Positions 9,063 through 17,741 of a stretch of DNA of 41,822 bases are shown here, in pieces. Below the pieces are notes generated by a model. The model did no database searches, was not told the origin of the DNA, and saw only the letters and a program-made list of their open reading frames with translations. A program made the translations under genes and the position numbers. Position 1 is the first letter of the stretch. Each line of letters begins with the position of its first letter. Origin of the DNA: Candidatus Moraniibacteriota bacterium. GTDB taxonomy: Bacteria > Patescibacteriota > Minisyncoccia > Moranbacterales > GCA-2747515. The stretch lies in NCBI GenBank assembly GCA_029938745.1, contig JAOZUJ010000002.1, positions 1 to 41,822 on the forward strand. The letters are read 5' to 3'.

Positions 9063-11429
9063 ATGCGTATGAAACAAAAAAAGGAAAATTGCACAAATGA
9101 GAACACGTTATTAGATATAAATGTGTCCGATGTTTTTGTTGTAAAAAATGCAAAAAATCGAGCGTTCATTGAACAGTTTAATTATAGTAGCGTTAATTTC
9201 ACGCAGAGAGACCTGGGCACCATACTTGGATTTTTTGCTGTGCGTGACAATACATCTTCATCAGAAAATATTGTCAACTATCTTGCCTCTGAAGTGAAGA
9301 AGCAATATTTCTCACCAATACAAAAACCGATAGGAGATAAGTTTGAATCAACACTACATCATGTTAATCGAGTTTTAGAAGAAATTGCTAATGTTGGCAA
9401 TGTCGAATGGATTGGTCATGTTGATGGCGCAGTGTGTGTCATAGATGATACATCAATTCATATTAGTGTCGCTGGCAATGCACATGTCCTTCTCCTGCGT
9501 GATAATATCTTACAAAATATCAGCGAAGGACTTGCATCTGATGATGCTGCACAATATCCACTCAAAACATTTATCGATATCGCAAGTGGTGAACTCTGTA
9601 CCAATGATAAAATTATTATTACATCACAAGAATTACTTGACCTTATTCCATTTGAAGAATTACAAAAAAATGCTGTTCGTTTTGGACAAGAAAATTTTAT
9701 TCAATTTATACAAACAGTCCTCACAAATGAATGTGAAATCGCCTCAGCAACTATTATTGATATCTCACAAAAAGAAGGTATTCAACCACACAAAATAACA
9801 TCTCCCACAGAAGTTCCGTCAAACATATTTGGTGCGGATGCATTTGATGAACCAAAGGATGATGAAGATATAATTCCTCAAATTGATGACGAAATTGATA
9901 TAGAAGAAATTCTCAATGAAAATCCAGAGGAATATACCGATGAAACAACTGGCCACATTTATATACAAGGTGGTGATGAAATTATTAAAGATGAGACCAC
10001 AATGTCATCATTGAAAGAAAAGTGTTCCGACTTTTTCGATACATGTAAAGACACCACGAAAAAACACAAAAAAACATTTTCAAAAAAAATCACTCAATAT
10101 ACAAGTAAAAAAGATTCATCAATATTTGACCAAGCGCCAGAAGATATTGGAGAAAAAATGACAACCATAGAAACTGTAGAAACTCCTGACACTTACAACA
10201 GTGATGAATTTGATGATGTGGAAGAAGTTGTCACGGATCGTCAAGACCTCACCTCACGCAGTGCAACAAAGAAAATTAGGGTAACAGTATATACTGCATA
10301 CAAAGGAGCTAAAAACATTACCAAGAACACATCTGTGCGTTGTATTGAGACACTAAAACGTATAAAAAATAAAAATCGTACCTCACCATCACAGGTAAGC
10401 CAAAATAGTACACCAATAAATACATCGACGACACAAAAGAAACCTTCATTTTTACCAAGCATCCACCATGTAACACAACTTTGGCACGGCATGACAAAAC
10501 AAACAAAATGGACAACACTCGGCATACTCGCTGCAATTGTAATTATTCCATTAACATTTGCATTTATACCTCGTTCATCAGAAGAAGATGCTGACAAGTG
10601 GCCGGAAATTCCAGAAGAATCAGAACAATACCAACAAGAACCTCTACCACCAGAACCTGCAGTACCTGTGACACAAAATACAATTTCAGATCCAACATCA
10701 TTACTATCTGACCCAACTACTGTTGCAACAACTTTAATGAATGATAAACATATTGGTGTTACAAAAAATACTGTTATCCTTTTTGATGGGACAAAAAAAG
10801 AAGATCATTCATTATCACAAGATGCAGGAGATATCACACTTGTAACGCCGATGGATGATCTCGATCTCTTATTTATTCTCACAACAAAAGATCAATTATA
10901 CACTTTTAGCCCCACTGACAAAAAATTTGTCCAACAAAAGAACACCCCGACATTTGACCATACGAAGATCAAATCACTTAGCACATACATGACATATTTA
11001 TATGCAATGGACACTGCAATGATCACGAGGTACACACGAGCAGAAAATGGATTTGAAAGTGGCAATGATTGGCTCAAAGAAAAAGCCGATTTCACTGACG
11101 CTACAACCATGGCAATCGACGAAGATATTTATACAGCAAAAAATGGTACAATTACAAAATTTAGAAAAGGAGAAAAAGTATCTTTTTCACAAAATTCTGA
11201 CATCAAAAATGCATTTATTATTTACACCACCGAAGACACAAAATTTATGTGGATTCTTGATAAAGAAAACAACAAACTTTTCAAAACAAAAAAATCTACT
11301 GGAGAAAAATTGGATGAATACACACATGAAAAATTTGCAAATACGCAAACTTTGTCTGTAGATGAAAAAAATAACACAGCAACAATTTCGACACCCGAAG
11401 AGATACTTTCATTTGAACTTTCATCGTAA
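9063..11429 (+). CDS. Bitopic membrane protein: degenerate PP2C-like cytoplasmic domain, acidic linker, one TM helix, extracytoplasmic beta-rich domain
   Basis: The ORF-track start at 9042 is TTG and sits on the predicted -10, so I prefer the ATG at 9063 (MRMKQKK). PP2C-like motif order: FAVRDNTSSSENIVNYLAS, VAGNAHVLLLRDN, NDKIIITSQELLD, ATIIDIS. The TM helix WTTLGILAAIVIIPLTFAFIP is at about 10509-10571. Confidence 0.6.
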   Translation: MRMKQKKENCTNENTLLDINVSDVFVVKNAKNRAFIEQFNYSSVNFTQRDLGTILGFFAVRDNTSSSENIVNYLASEVKKQYFSPIQKPIGDKFESTLHHVNRVLEEIANVGNVEWIGHVDGAVCVIDDTSIHISVAGNAHVLLLRDNILQNISEGLASDDAAQYPLKTFIDIASGELCTNDKIIITSQELLDLIPFEELQKNAVRFGQENFIQFIQTVLTNECEIASATIIDISQKEGIQPHKITSPTEVPSNIFGADAFDEPKDDEDIIPQIDDEIDIEEILNENPEEYTDETTGHIYIQGGDEIIKDETTMSSLKEKCSDFFDTCKDTTKKHKKTFSKKITQYTSKKDSSIFDQAPEDIGEKMTTIETVETPDTYNSDEFDDVEEVVTDRQDLTSRSATKKIRVTVYTAYKGAKNITKNTSVRCIETLKRIKNKNRTSPSQVSQNSTPINTSTTQKKPSFLPSIHHVTQLWHGMTKQTKWTTLGILAAIVIIPLTFAFIPRSSEEDADKWPEIPEESEQYQQEPLPPEPAVPVTQNTISDPTSLLSDPTTVATTLMNDKHIGVTKNTVILFDGTKKEDHSLSQDAGDITLVTPMDDLDLLFILTTKDQLYTFSPTDKKFVQQKNTPTFDHTKIKSLSTYMTYLYAMDTAMITRYTRAENGFESGNDWLKEKADFTDATTMAIDEDIYTAKNGTITKFRKGEKVSFSQNSDIKNAFIIYTTEDTKFMWILDKENNKLFKTKKSTGEKLDEYTHEKFANTQTLSVDEKNNTATISTPEEILSFELSS

Positions 11430-11451
11430 AATTATTACAACACTCTTTCTT

Positions 11452-11483
11452 GGGTACCTTTTAAGGTACCTTAAAAGGTACCC
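11452..11483. repeat. Perfect 32-nt palindrome (possible terminator or operator)
   Basis: GGGTACCTTTTAAGGTACCTTAAAAGGTACCC equals its own reverse complement. It holds three GGTACC hexamers at 12-nt spacing and starts 23 nt after the stop at 11429. Confidence 0.6.
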
Positions 11484-11527
11484 CAGCAACATTATTCTAT
11501 CTCAAAAAAACAATAATTTATCAGTTA

Positions 11528-11556
11528 TTTACAAAAGATATATTTTATGTTAAAAT
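11528..11556 (+). promoter_or_regulatory. Candidate promoter upstream of fabZ
   Basis: TTTACA (11528-11533), a 17-nt spacer, then TAAAAT (11551-11556). It is overlapped by the inverted repeat AAGATATATTTTA-TGT-TAAAATATATCTT (11535-11563). Confidence 0.4.
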
Positions 11557-11614
11557 ATATCTTCAGTTACTTTACAAATCCATATACCAACAATAACTAA
11601 ATAGAGGCGTAACT

Positions 11615-11878
11615 ATGACAGCATCAGAAACAAACACAAATATTTTTTGTACGTTTTTGCAATTTATCTGTAACGCCACATTTAAGCTAATATGCTTACT
11701 TTTTGGTGCATACATGTCCCTTGTAAGCGCTACATACGTCATTCAATTTTTCACATGGGCGCCAGTAGTAGAAATTATGAGCATTTCCGATGATTCTGTA
11801 CAAAAAATGCACAGAGTTGAAATAAAAATCAACAGTATTACAGAGAGGTTTTGGCATGCTACATTTAGACTCCCTTGA
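11615..11878 (+). CDS. Doubtful small hydrophobic ORF (87 aa) in the fabZ leader
   Basis: The ATG is preceded by AGAGG 7 nt upstream. The ORF overlaps the fabZ start by 23 nt. There is no recognisable family, and it may be non-coding leader. Confidence 0.2.
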   Translation: MTASETNTNIFCTFLQFICNATFKLICLLFGAYMSLVSATYVIQFFTWAPVVEIMSISDDSVQKMHRVEIKINSITERFWHATFRLP

Positions 11879-12311
11879 AATTATGAACATTATTCCACAC
11901 CGTTATCCTTTTTTGTTTGTTGACCGCATCATAGATGGTCACATCGCAATGAATGAAAGCTGGATCCACGGCATAAAAAATGTGTCTATTGGAGAGCCTT
12001 TTTTCAAAGGTCATTTTCCAGGTAATCCCATTATGCCAGGAGTACTCATTCTTGAGGGACTTGCACAAACTGCAGGCATCCTTCTACACTTCATTACAAA
12101 AGAACATGATATACAATTACAATCAGATATCGGTTTTTTTGCTGGATGCGATAAAATTCGCTGGAAAAATCCAGTGAGACCTGGTGAACAAATCTTGTAT
12201 CATGTCACAGTCGGCAAGCTACGTCGTCGCATTGCAAAATTATCTGCACATGCCACAGTTGATGATATGATCGTTGCTGATACTAGCAACATACTAATCG
12301 CATTCTCGTAA
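11856..12311 (+). CDS. fabZ: 3-hydroxyacyl-ACP dehydratase FabZ (hotdog fold)
   Basis: Contains IPHRYPFLFVDRI and FFKGHFPGNPIMPGVLILEGLAQTAG, the canonical FabZ motifs including the catalytic His. An RBS GAGAGG lies 7 nt upstream of the ATG. Confidence 0.85.
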   Translation: MLHLDSLEIMNIIPHRYPFLFVDRIIDGHIAMNESWIHGIKNVSIGEPFFKGHFPGNPIMPGVLILEGLAQTAGILLHFITKEHDIQLQSDIGFFAGCDKIRWKNPVRPGEQILYHVTVGKLRRRIAKLSAHATVDDMIVADTSNILIAFS

Positions 12312-12315
12312 TTAT

Positions 12316-12365
12316 AAAACTCACTGTTTTATCTCGATATAATATCAAGAAAAACAGTGAGTTTT
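12316..12365. terminator. Bidirectional intrinsic terminator between convergent fabZ and the fibre gene
   Basis: A 15-bp stem AAAACTCACTGTTTT/AAAACAGTGAGTTTT with a 20-nt loop, followed by a T-run on the plus strand and flanked by an A-run on the other side. Confidence 0.65.
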
Positions 12366-12380
12366 TTCTTTTTGAAATTT

Positions 12381-15300
12381 TTATTCTACTCCACCAACAA
12401 TAAACCAATCAAACTTCACATCAGTTGCTTGCACCTCTGGCATACTCACACGAAACATACCATCCGTAATGTCCACAACAGTAAGATTTATATCAACGGC
12501 GTCTTCACCACGCATCGTTACAAATACATGACCATCTTCCATGATTGCTGTCGTTTGTACTGAAACCTCCGTCTCACCTGTAGAAATTTCTGCTGCACCA
12601 ATTGATGATGCATTTATTTCTTCTCCCGTGTCTTCATCTTCTTGTGTGTTTGTGTCACTAATTGCAAGTGTATTTGTTTGAATGTGTTGTGCTTTCAATA
12701 TTTGTGTTGTCATGATGCCATTGAGCGTAAGCTCTGTAATATCTTGCAAAGTTTCGTTTCCATCTTCATCTATGACCGTTCTTTGTAATGTGTCATCACT
12801 TATAAACATTAGTGCATCTGGATCAATTGTAAGAATCCGTTCATCAATATGCGCAACAACATCTAAACCAACTTCCAATATTTCTAGTCTGTCTTTTATG
12901 TCTGATACAGACCCTATTGCTAAAGTATTTGCATCAACTTGCCCTGATAGAACACTATTGTGTTCATATAGATCTGTGAGACTCAATTGGATATTTGCAA
13001 GATTTTCATCTACTGAATTTTGTAATTGACTGAGGTTTGTTATGTTTGTATCTGTTTGTAGTGTATTTGATGTAATTGTTAGGTTTTGTTCTTTGACTGC
13101 CTCAACTATCAAAGCATCAAATTCAAATGGTAAATATATTGACTTTGCCATTCCATTAATTAATTCTGCATCACCACCTTCTACATCAATTTCACTAACC
13201 CACTGTGGAAACACACCTTCAATATCTTGTGCAATAAATCCAGCATCATGCACATAACCACCATGCTGATCTGGGTTTCTCCAATCAAAATTAACGCCTT
13301 GCAATTGTGTAATTTTTTCTAATGCTTCTGCACCACTAATATTTACAATATTTGTCTTTAATCTCTCATCTGACATTGCAGCCCACGTTCCACTCGTTGT
13401 CTTATATGCTTGATTGGTATCCAAATCAAACTGAAATTTATTTCCAATATACGTACCAAAATTATTATTATATTTGGAGATTCTTACTACATCATAAGAG
13501 ACATAAAGTGCTGCCGAATTATCCCCTGAACCAGCATCCATCATCATGCCTGCGCCAGAGTCATTCGAAGATTTTACTCTAAGCGGTACCGAAGCAGTGG
13601 AATCAATGTCGAGAAAATCCAACCTAGATGTTCCTGCTGGATTCACATAATATGCCGTATTGCCACGATCATAAAAAATATCAGATCGTACATCATTTAA
13701 ATCTGCTCGATACAATCGTGAAGTACTATTTGGATCTAGATAATAACCTGTGCTGTCCCAGTCAATTAACCGATCTGCTAAATAGATATCTGCACCAGAT
13801 GTTGCTGAACTACCTATGCTCAAATGATTGTCCAACATTACTTGCTTACTGCCATAGTTACGAATATATGTAGAGTCTGTCATGCGCCATCCACCACCAT
13901 GAGTTGCACTATACCAACCAGTGTCACCTGTTGTCCGAAGCCATGTATCTGTTCCATTAAGAACCACATTGCCATTCTGTCGCAACCCTCCACTTACCTC
14001 AGCATATCCAGAAGTTTCTAAATTTCCAATAACATCAAGAGCTTGTGATGGGTTTATCTCTCCAATGCCAACATTCCCCGTAAATAGGTCACCCGTAAAA
14101 AAGTTATGTGTTGCTATTCCAACATCATTTCCAATAATCTGAAATTTTTCATTTAAGACTGACCCATCACCTGTAAACTCAATACCGCTACTAATCGTAT
14201 TATTTCTATATAATTTCAAACTTGCATTACCCGAACTAACATGCCCTCCAATATATAATTCTGCGAGATTTGTACCTGTATCTACAACGAGTGATTTATC
14301 GAAATCAAATTCACTATTCGTTGTATCAAAACTTAATATTCCATCATTTGTATTTGTGCCAATATGAAGTGAGCTTGAACTTAAATAAAGATCATTCCAC
14401 CTATTTAACGTAGACCCTAAGTCATTTGTTGTTTGTGATGGAATGAGATTTCCTGTTGCAGTTATTTGCATTCTTTCTGTATTATTTGTACCAAATGCAA
14501 GTCGCGCATTTTCATAATTCCATATCCAACCTACATCATCTGCTTGTGTTATACCTACATACAAACCATCAGATACTGTTATCCCCGAATGATCGGTAGT
14601 AAATATCATGCTTGCATCACCACTACTTGAATTAATATGCAATAAATCTGCTGGAGTTGCTACGCCTATGCCCACATTGCCACTTGATCTATAAACATTA
14701 CCCCCTGATTGTGCCCACGCGCCTGCAGATGTAAGTGAATTCCAGCTACTTCCATTATAACCTTCAAAATCATTTGATAAATATCTTATTGTTCCTGCAT
14801 TTGCATTTGCTGTTGTTCCTATGTTGATTGCACCATCTACTTGCAGTTTTTCATTTGGACTGGATGTGCCTATACCAAAATCACCATCATTAGTAATTCT
14901 CATTTTTTCACTTGCAGTACCGGTACCACTATTCTCCGTAAAAAAAGTGATATCTTTTTCATTACCCATCCAAATAGAACCTTGTCCCTTTACATCATCA
15001 GGTATAGCAAGACCACCCCAATCAGTAACATCCCCATAAATTCCAACAAACAATCCATCAGACGCATCTAGTGTTCCACTTGATTTAGCAATTTGCAACC
15101 AATTTCCTCGATCTGGTAAGCCAGAATTAACCACGAGCGGATATACTGGTGATGTTGTTTTTATTCCTACATTACCACCAAAATAATTTTTTGCAGTAGT
15201 GCTATCTTGATATAACCCATATTTATTTGTCACATTTGCACCACCATCAAGATTTTCAAGAAAAATTCCATAAGAATTTACGATTGTTCCTGTTGGGTTT

Positions 15301-16280
15301 GCAGTATTTGATCCAACTCTACTCCAAATGCCATACTGACTATTTAGCGTTCCTTGAAAATTTGCATCATCTGTAAATCCTTGTATAGCTAATCCAATCC
15401 TATATCCTGATTCTGTTACACCTGATGCAATTGACAAATCATTTGCAATAATATCTACAACCTTACGATAATTTGCGCCATTAGTAGTGATGCTTGGATA
15501 TAATTCTCCTATATCTAGAGTGGTATTAACATTAGGAGCTATTGCTATACCAATTGAATCACCACTTGCATCTAAATGAAATAGATTGGTTACTGTACCG
15601 CCTTCAATTCTAAAATCATTATCACCACCATCCTCATTAAAAATAGCATCCCCCCTCACATCTAATTTTGCATTTGGATCCGTTACCCCAATCCCAACTC
15701 TGCCAGTAGAGACATCAACATGAAGATCATTTCCATGTACTGTGAAATCATCTCCTAGTGTTAGTCCCCCAGCCTTTGTTTGCGCTGTAGACGATGTGTC
15801 TATGTAGTTATCAGCTGTGAGTCCATCTAATCTATGAGAATTAAGAGCAAAACCTGTTGGAGTTATTTTTCTTCTTGGGGACATTGGAGAATTTGTTCCT
15901 ATTTTTACTTCTAAATAATAGTTATCATTAAAATCTAAGTTTAGTGGTTGATCTACTCCTGATTCTCCAATAATTGTTGAGAATATTCCATTTGTTATTG
16001 TTACTGATTTTGTTGCAAAGCTTGAGCAACCTGTTGCAGAACTATTATTTGTCCATAAACATGTTCCATTTGCTGCTGAGTCATATATTGAGAGTGTGAA
16101 GTTGTAATTTCCGTCTGCTACTGCAGTACCTAGTGTTGTATCTGTTAGTTTTCCATGATATGTGAGTTCATTGTCTGGAGCTGCTGTTACTACTGTTGTG
16201 AGTATGATAGAAAACACAAAAAGACCTATTGTATAGGATAGACAATGTTTGATGAGTTTTTTTATGTTTTTATGAGACAT
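12381..16280 (-). CDS. Tail-fibre-like secreted protein with a C-terminal Peptidase-S74-type intramolecular chaperone (self-cleaving) module
   Basis: 1299 aa. The N-terminus is a signal-anchor (IGLFVFSIILTTVVTAAP). GN(V)GIG...P...L.V.G beta-helix-like repeats recur along the protein. AAM-S970-DERL-K975...GVNFDW...GFIAQDIEGVFPQWV matches the endosialidase-chaperone motif. A coiled coil and terminal domain follow. Confidence 0.85.
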   Translation of the reverse strand: MSHKNIKKLIKHCLSYTIGLFVFSIILTTVVTAAPDNELTYHGKLTDTTLGTAVADGNYNFTLSIYDSAANGTCLWTNNSSATGCSSFATKSVTITNGIFSTIIGESGVDQPLNLDFNDNYYLEVKIGTNSPMSPRRKITPTGFALNSHRLDGLTADNYIDTSSTAQTKAGGLTLGDDFTVHGNDLHVDVSTGRVGIGVTDPNAKLDVRGDAIFNEDGGDNDFRIEGGTVTNLFHLDASGDSIGIAIAPNVNTTLDIGELYPSITTNGANYRKVVDIIANDLSIASGVTESGYRIGLAIQGFTDDANFQGTLNSQYGIWSRVGSNTANPTGTIVNSYGIFLENLDGGANVTNKYGLYQDSTTAKNYFGGNVGIKTTSPVYPLVVNSGLPDRGNWLQIAKSSGTLDASDGLFVGIYGDVTDWGGLAIPDDVKGQGSIWMGNEKDITFFTENSGTGTASEKMRITNDGDFGIGTSSPNEKLQVDGAINIGTTANANAGTIRYLSNDFEGYNGSSWNSLTSAGAWAQSGGNVYRSSGNVGIGVATPADLLHINSSSGDASMIFTTDHSGITVSDGLYVGITQADDVGWIWNYENARLAFGTNNTERMQITATGNLIPSQTTNDLGSTLNRWNDLYLSSSSLHIGTNTNDGILSFDTTNSEFDFDKSLVVDTGTNLAELYIGGHVSSGNASLKLYRNNTISSGIEFTGDGSVLNEKFQIIGNDVGIATHNFFTGDLFTGNVGIGEINPSQALDVIGNLETSGYAEVSGGLRQNGNVVLNGTDTWLRTTGDTGWYSATHGGGWRMTDSTYIRNYGSKQVMLDNHLSIGSSATSGADIYLADRLIDWDSTGYYLDPNSTSRLYRADLNDVRSDIFYDRGNTAYYVNPAGTSRLDFLDIDSTASVPLRVKSSNDSGAGMMMDAGSGDNSAALYVSYDVVRISKYNNNFGTYIGNKFQFDLDTNQAYKTTSGTWAAMSDERLKTNIVNISGAEALEKITQLQGVNFDWRNPDQHGGYVHDAGFIAQDIEGVFPQWVSEIDVEGGDAELINGMAKSIYLPFEFDALIVEAVKEQNLTITSNTLQTDTNITNLSQLQNSVDENLANIQLSLTDLYEHNSVLSGQVDANTLAIGSVSDIKDRLEILEVGLDVVAHIDERILTIDPDALMFISDDTLQRTVIDEDGNETLQDITELTLNGIMTTQILKAQHIQTNTLAISDTNTQEDEDTGEEINASSIGAAEISTGETEVSVQTTAIMEDGHVFVTMRGEDAVDINLTVVDITDGMFRVSMPEVQATDVKFDWFIVGGVE

Positions 16281-16336
16281 TTTTATTTGTTTTTTCCCAC
16301 AGTTAACCAGTTTTTGACTGGTTATTTTACTTTGAT

Positions 16337-16366
16337 ATTATACCATATTGATAGAGGTATGTACAA
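16337..16366 (-). promoter_or_regulatory. Candidate promoter with extended -10 for the 1299-aa fibre gene
   Basis: The minus strand reads TTGTAC, an 18-nt spacer ending in TGG, then TATAAT, i.e. TGnTATAAT. A 7-bp hairpin (16305-16323) lies in the predicted leader. Confidence 0.45.
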
Positions 16367-16478
16367 GTTTGTTATTTGTTCTCTGGAGAGGTGAGTTGTG
16401 AATATTTTTTTTGATTAATGACCCATTTAAATGGCTATTTAACTGGGTAATTAATATATGATTGATCATTTATTAATT

Positions 16479-17732
16479 TTAAGACTGTAATGCTTCCATT
16501 GGACTGACTTCTGCAGCTCGCCGTGCTGGATACACACCAAAAATAATGCCAGCAACAATTGAAAAGATAATTGATATCACAACAGCACTTAGTGGAATGA
16601 AAAGATTCATACTCGTAAATCCAGCTTTTTCCAATACAACAAAAAATAGCGAAATCACAATTGACGCAATAATGATACCAATGAAGGCACCCACAACACT
16701 AATGATCACTGATTCAATCACAAATTGCTGTATAACATCTTCACGCCTTGCACCAACTGCTTTACGCAAACCAATTTCAGCAGTTCGCTCTTCGACAGAC
16801 ACGATCATGATATTCATAATTCCAATACCACCAACCAACAAAGAAATTGATGCAAGCGCAATAAGCAAAATATTCACACTAGTTATTACTGATCCAAGCA
16901 TATCTTGAGCTTCTTTCATTGTCATCACATTGAAATCATCGTCTTTTGGATCATCGATATCATGACGAGACCGTAAAATATATTCTATATCCTTAACTGT
17001 ATTATCAATTTGTTTTACATCACGTGCCTTAACTGTAATATATGATAAATAGTCAACACCTAATATCTTTTTTTGCAAAGTTGTGTATGGCAAATAGACG
17101 AGATCATCAAAAGAAAATCCAAACGATGATCCACGCTCTTCTAAAGTGCCAACGACACGATATTTACTACCATCCATGGCAACACGTTTACCAATTATAT
17201 CCCTTTGTTCACCAAACAATGATTCTGCTACAGCCGAGCCAAGTACAATTACATTTGATGATGAAAGCTCTTCATCTGTCGAAAAAAATCTTCCATCATG
17301 TATTTTTACGCCAGGGTCAACGAGAGGTGCGTCAGCACTGGATCCGAGAAGTGTGACATACGTAACTTCACCATCAAATTTTGCTTGTGCTTGTCCCATC
17401 AGTCCTGCGTTGTATGTTTGTACATTATCCAACTTTTTAACTGCCTCTGCATCGTCATCTGTCAGTGTCGTGATCTGCACACCCATTGCCATACTCGAAA
17501 TATTATCCATCGATACATGTTCTGTCTCTGGAATCGATATTTCTATTTGAATGGTATCTGATCCAAATGCATCAATTTCATCCATGATATATTCTTTGAT
17601 ATTCTCCCCCATCGTGATCACGCTCATAATTGATGCTACACTCACAATAATTCCAAGTAACGTTAAAATAGTCCTCCCTGTATGAGAGAATAAATTTTTG
17701 ATTGATATACTAATAAGTCGCCACAATTTCAT
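16479..17732 (-). CDS. MacB/FtsX-type ABC transporter permease (exporter 1, permease B)
   Basis: 417 aa. One N-terminal TM helix, a large extracytoplasmic domain and a C-terminal FtsX module (ASISLLVGGIGIMNIM...EIGLRKAVGARR). Confidence 0.85.
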   Translation of the reverse strand: MKLWRLISISIKNLFSHTGRTILTLLGIIVSVASIMSVITMGENIKEYIMDEIDAFGSDTIQIEISIPETEHVSMDNISSMAMGVQITTLTDDDAEAVKKLDNVQTYNAGLMGQAQAKFDGEVTYVTLLGSSADAPLVDPGVKIHDGRFFSTDEELSSSNVIVLGSAVAESLFGEQRDIIGKRVAMDGSKYRVVGTLEERGSSFGFSFDDLVYLPYTTLQKKILGVDYLSYITVKARDVKQIDNTVKDIEYILRSRHDIDDPKDDDFNVMTMKEAQDMLGSVITSVNILLIALASISLLVGGIGIMNIMIVSVEERTAEIGLRKAVGARREDVIQQFVIESVIISVVGAFIGIIIASIVISLFFVVLEKAGFTSMNLFIPLSAVVISIIFSIVAGIIFGVYPARRAAEVSPMEALQS

Positions 17733-17741
17733 AATATTATT

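Noticed and set aside
8874-9077. Small ORFs in intergenic or overlapping positions: 8874-9077(-), 315-503(-), 490-714(+).
   Set aside because: They overlap tRNA genes, a promoter region or the end of a real gene. They have low-complexity or implausible sequences and no start context.
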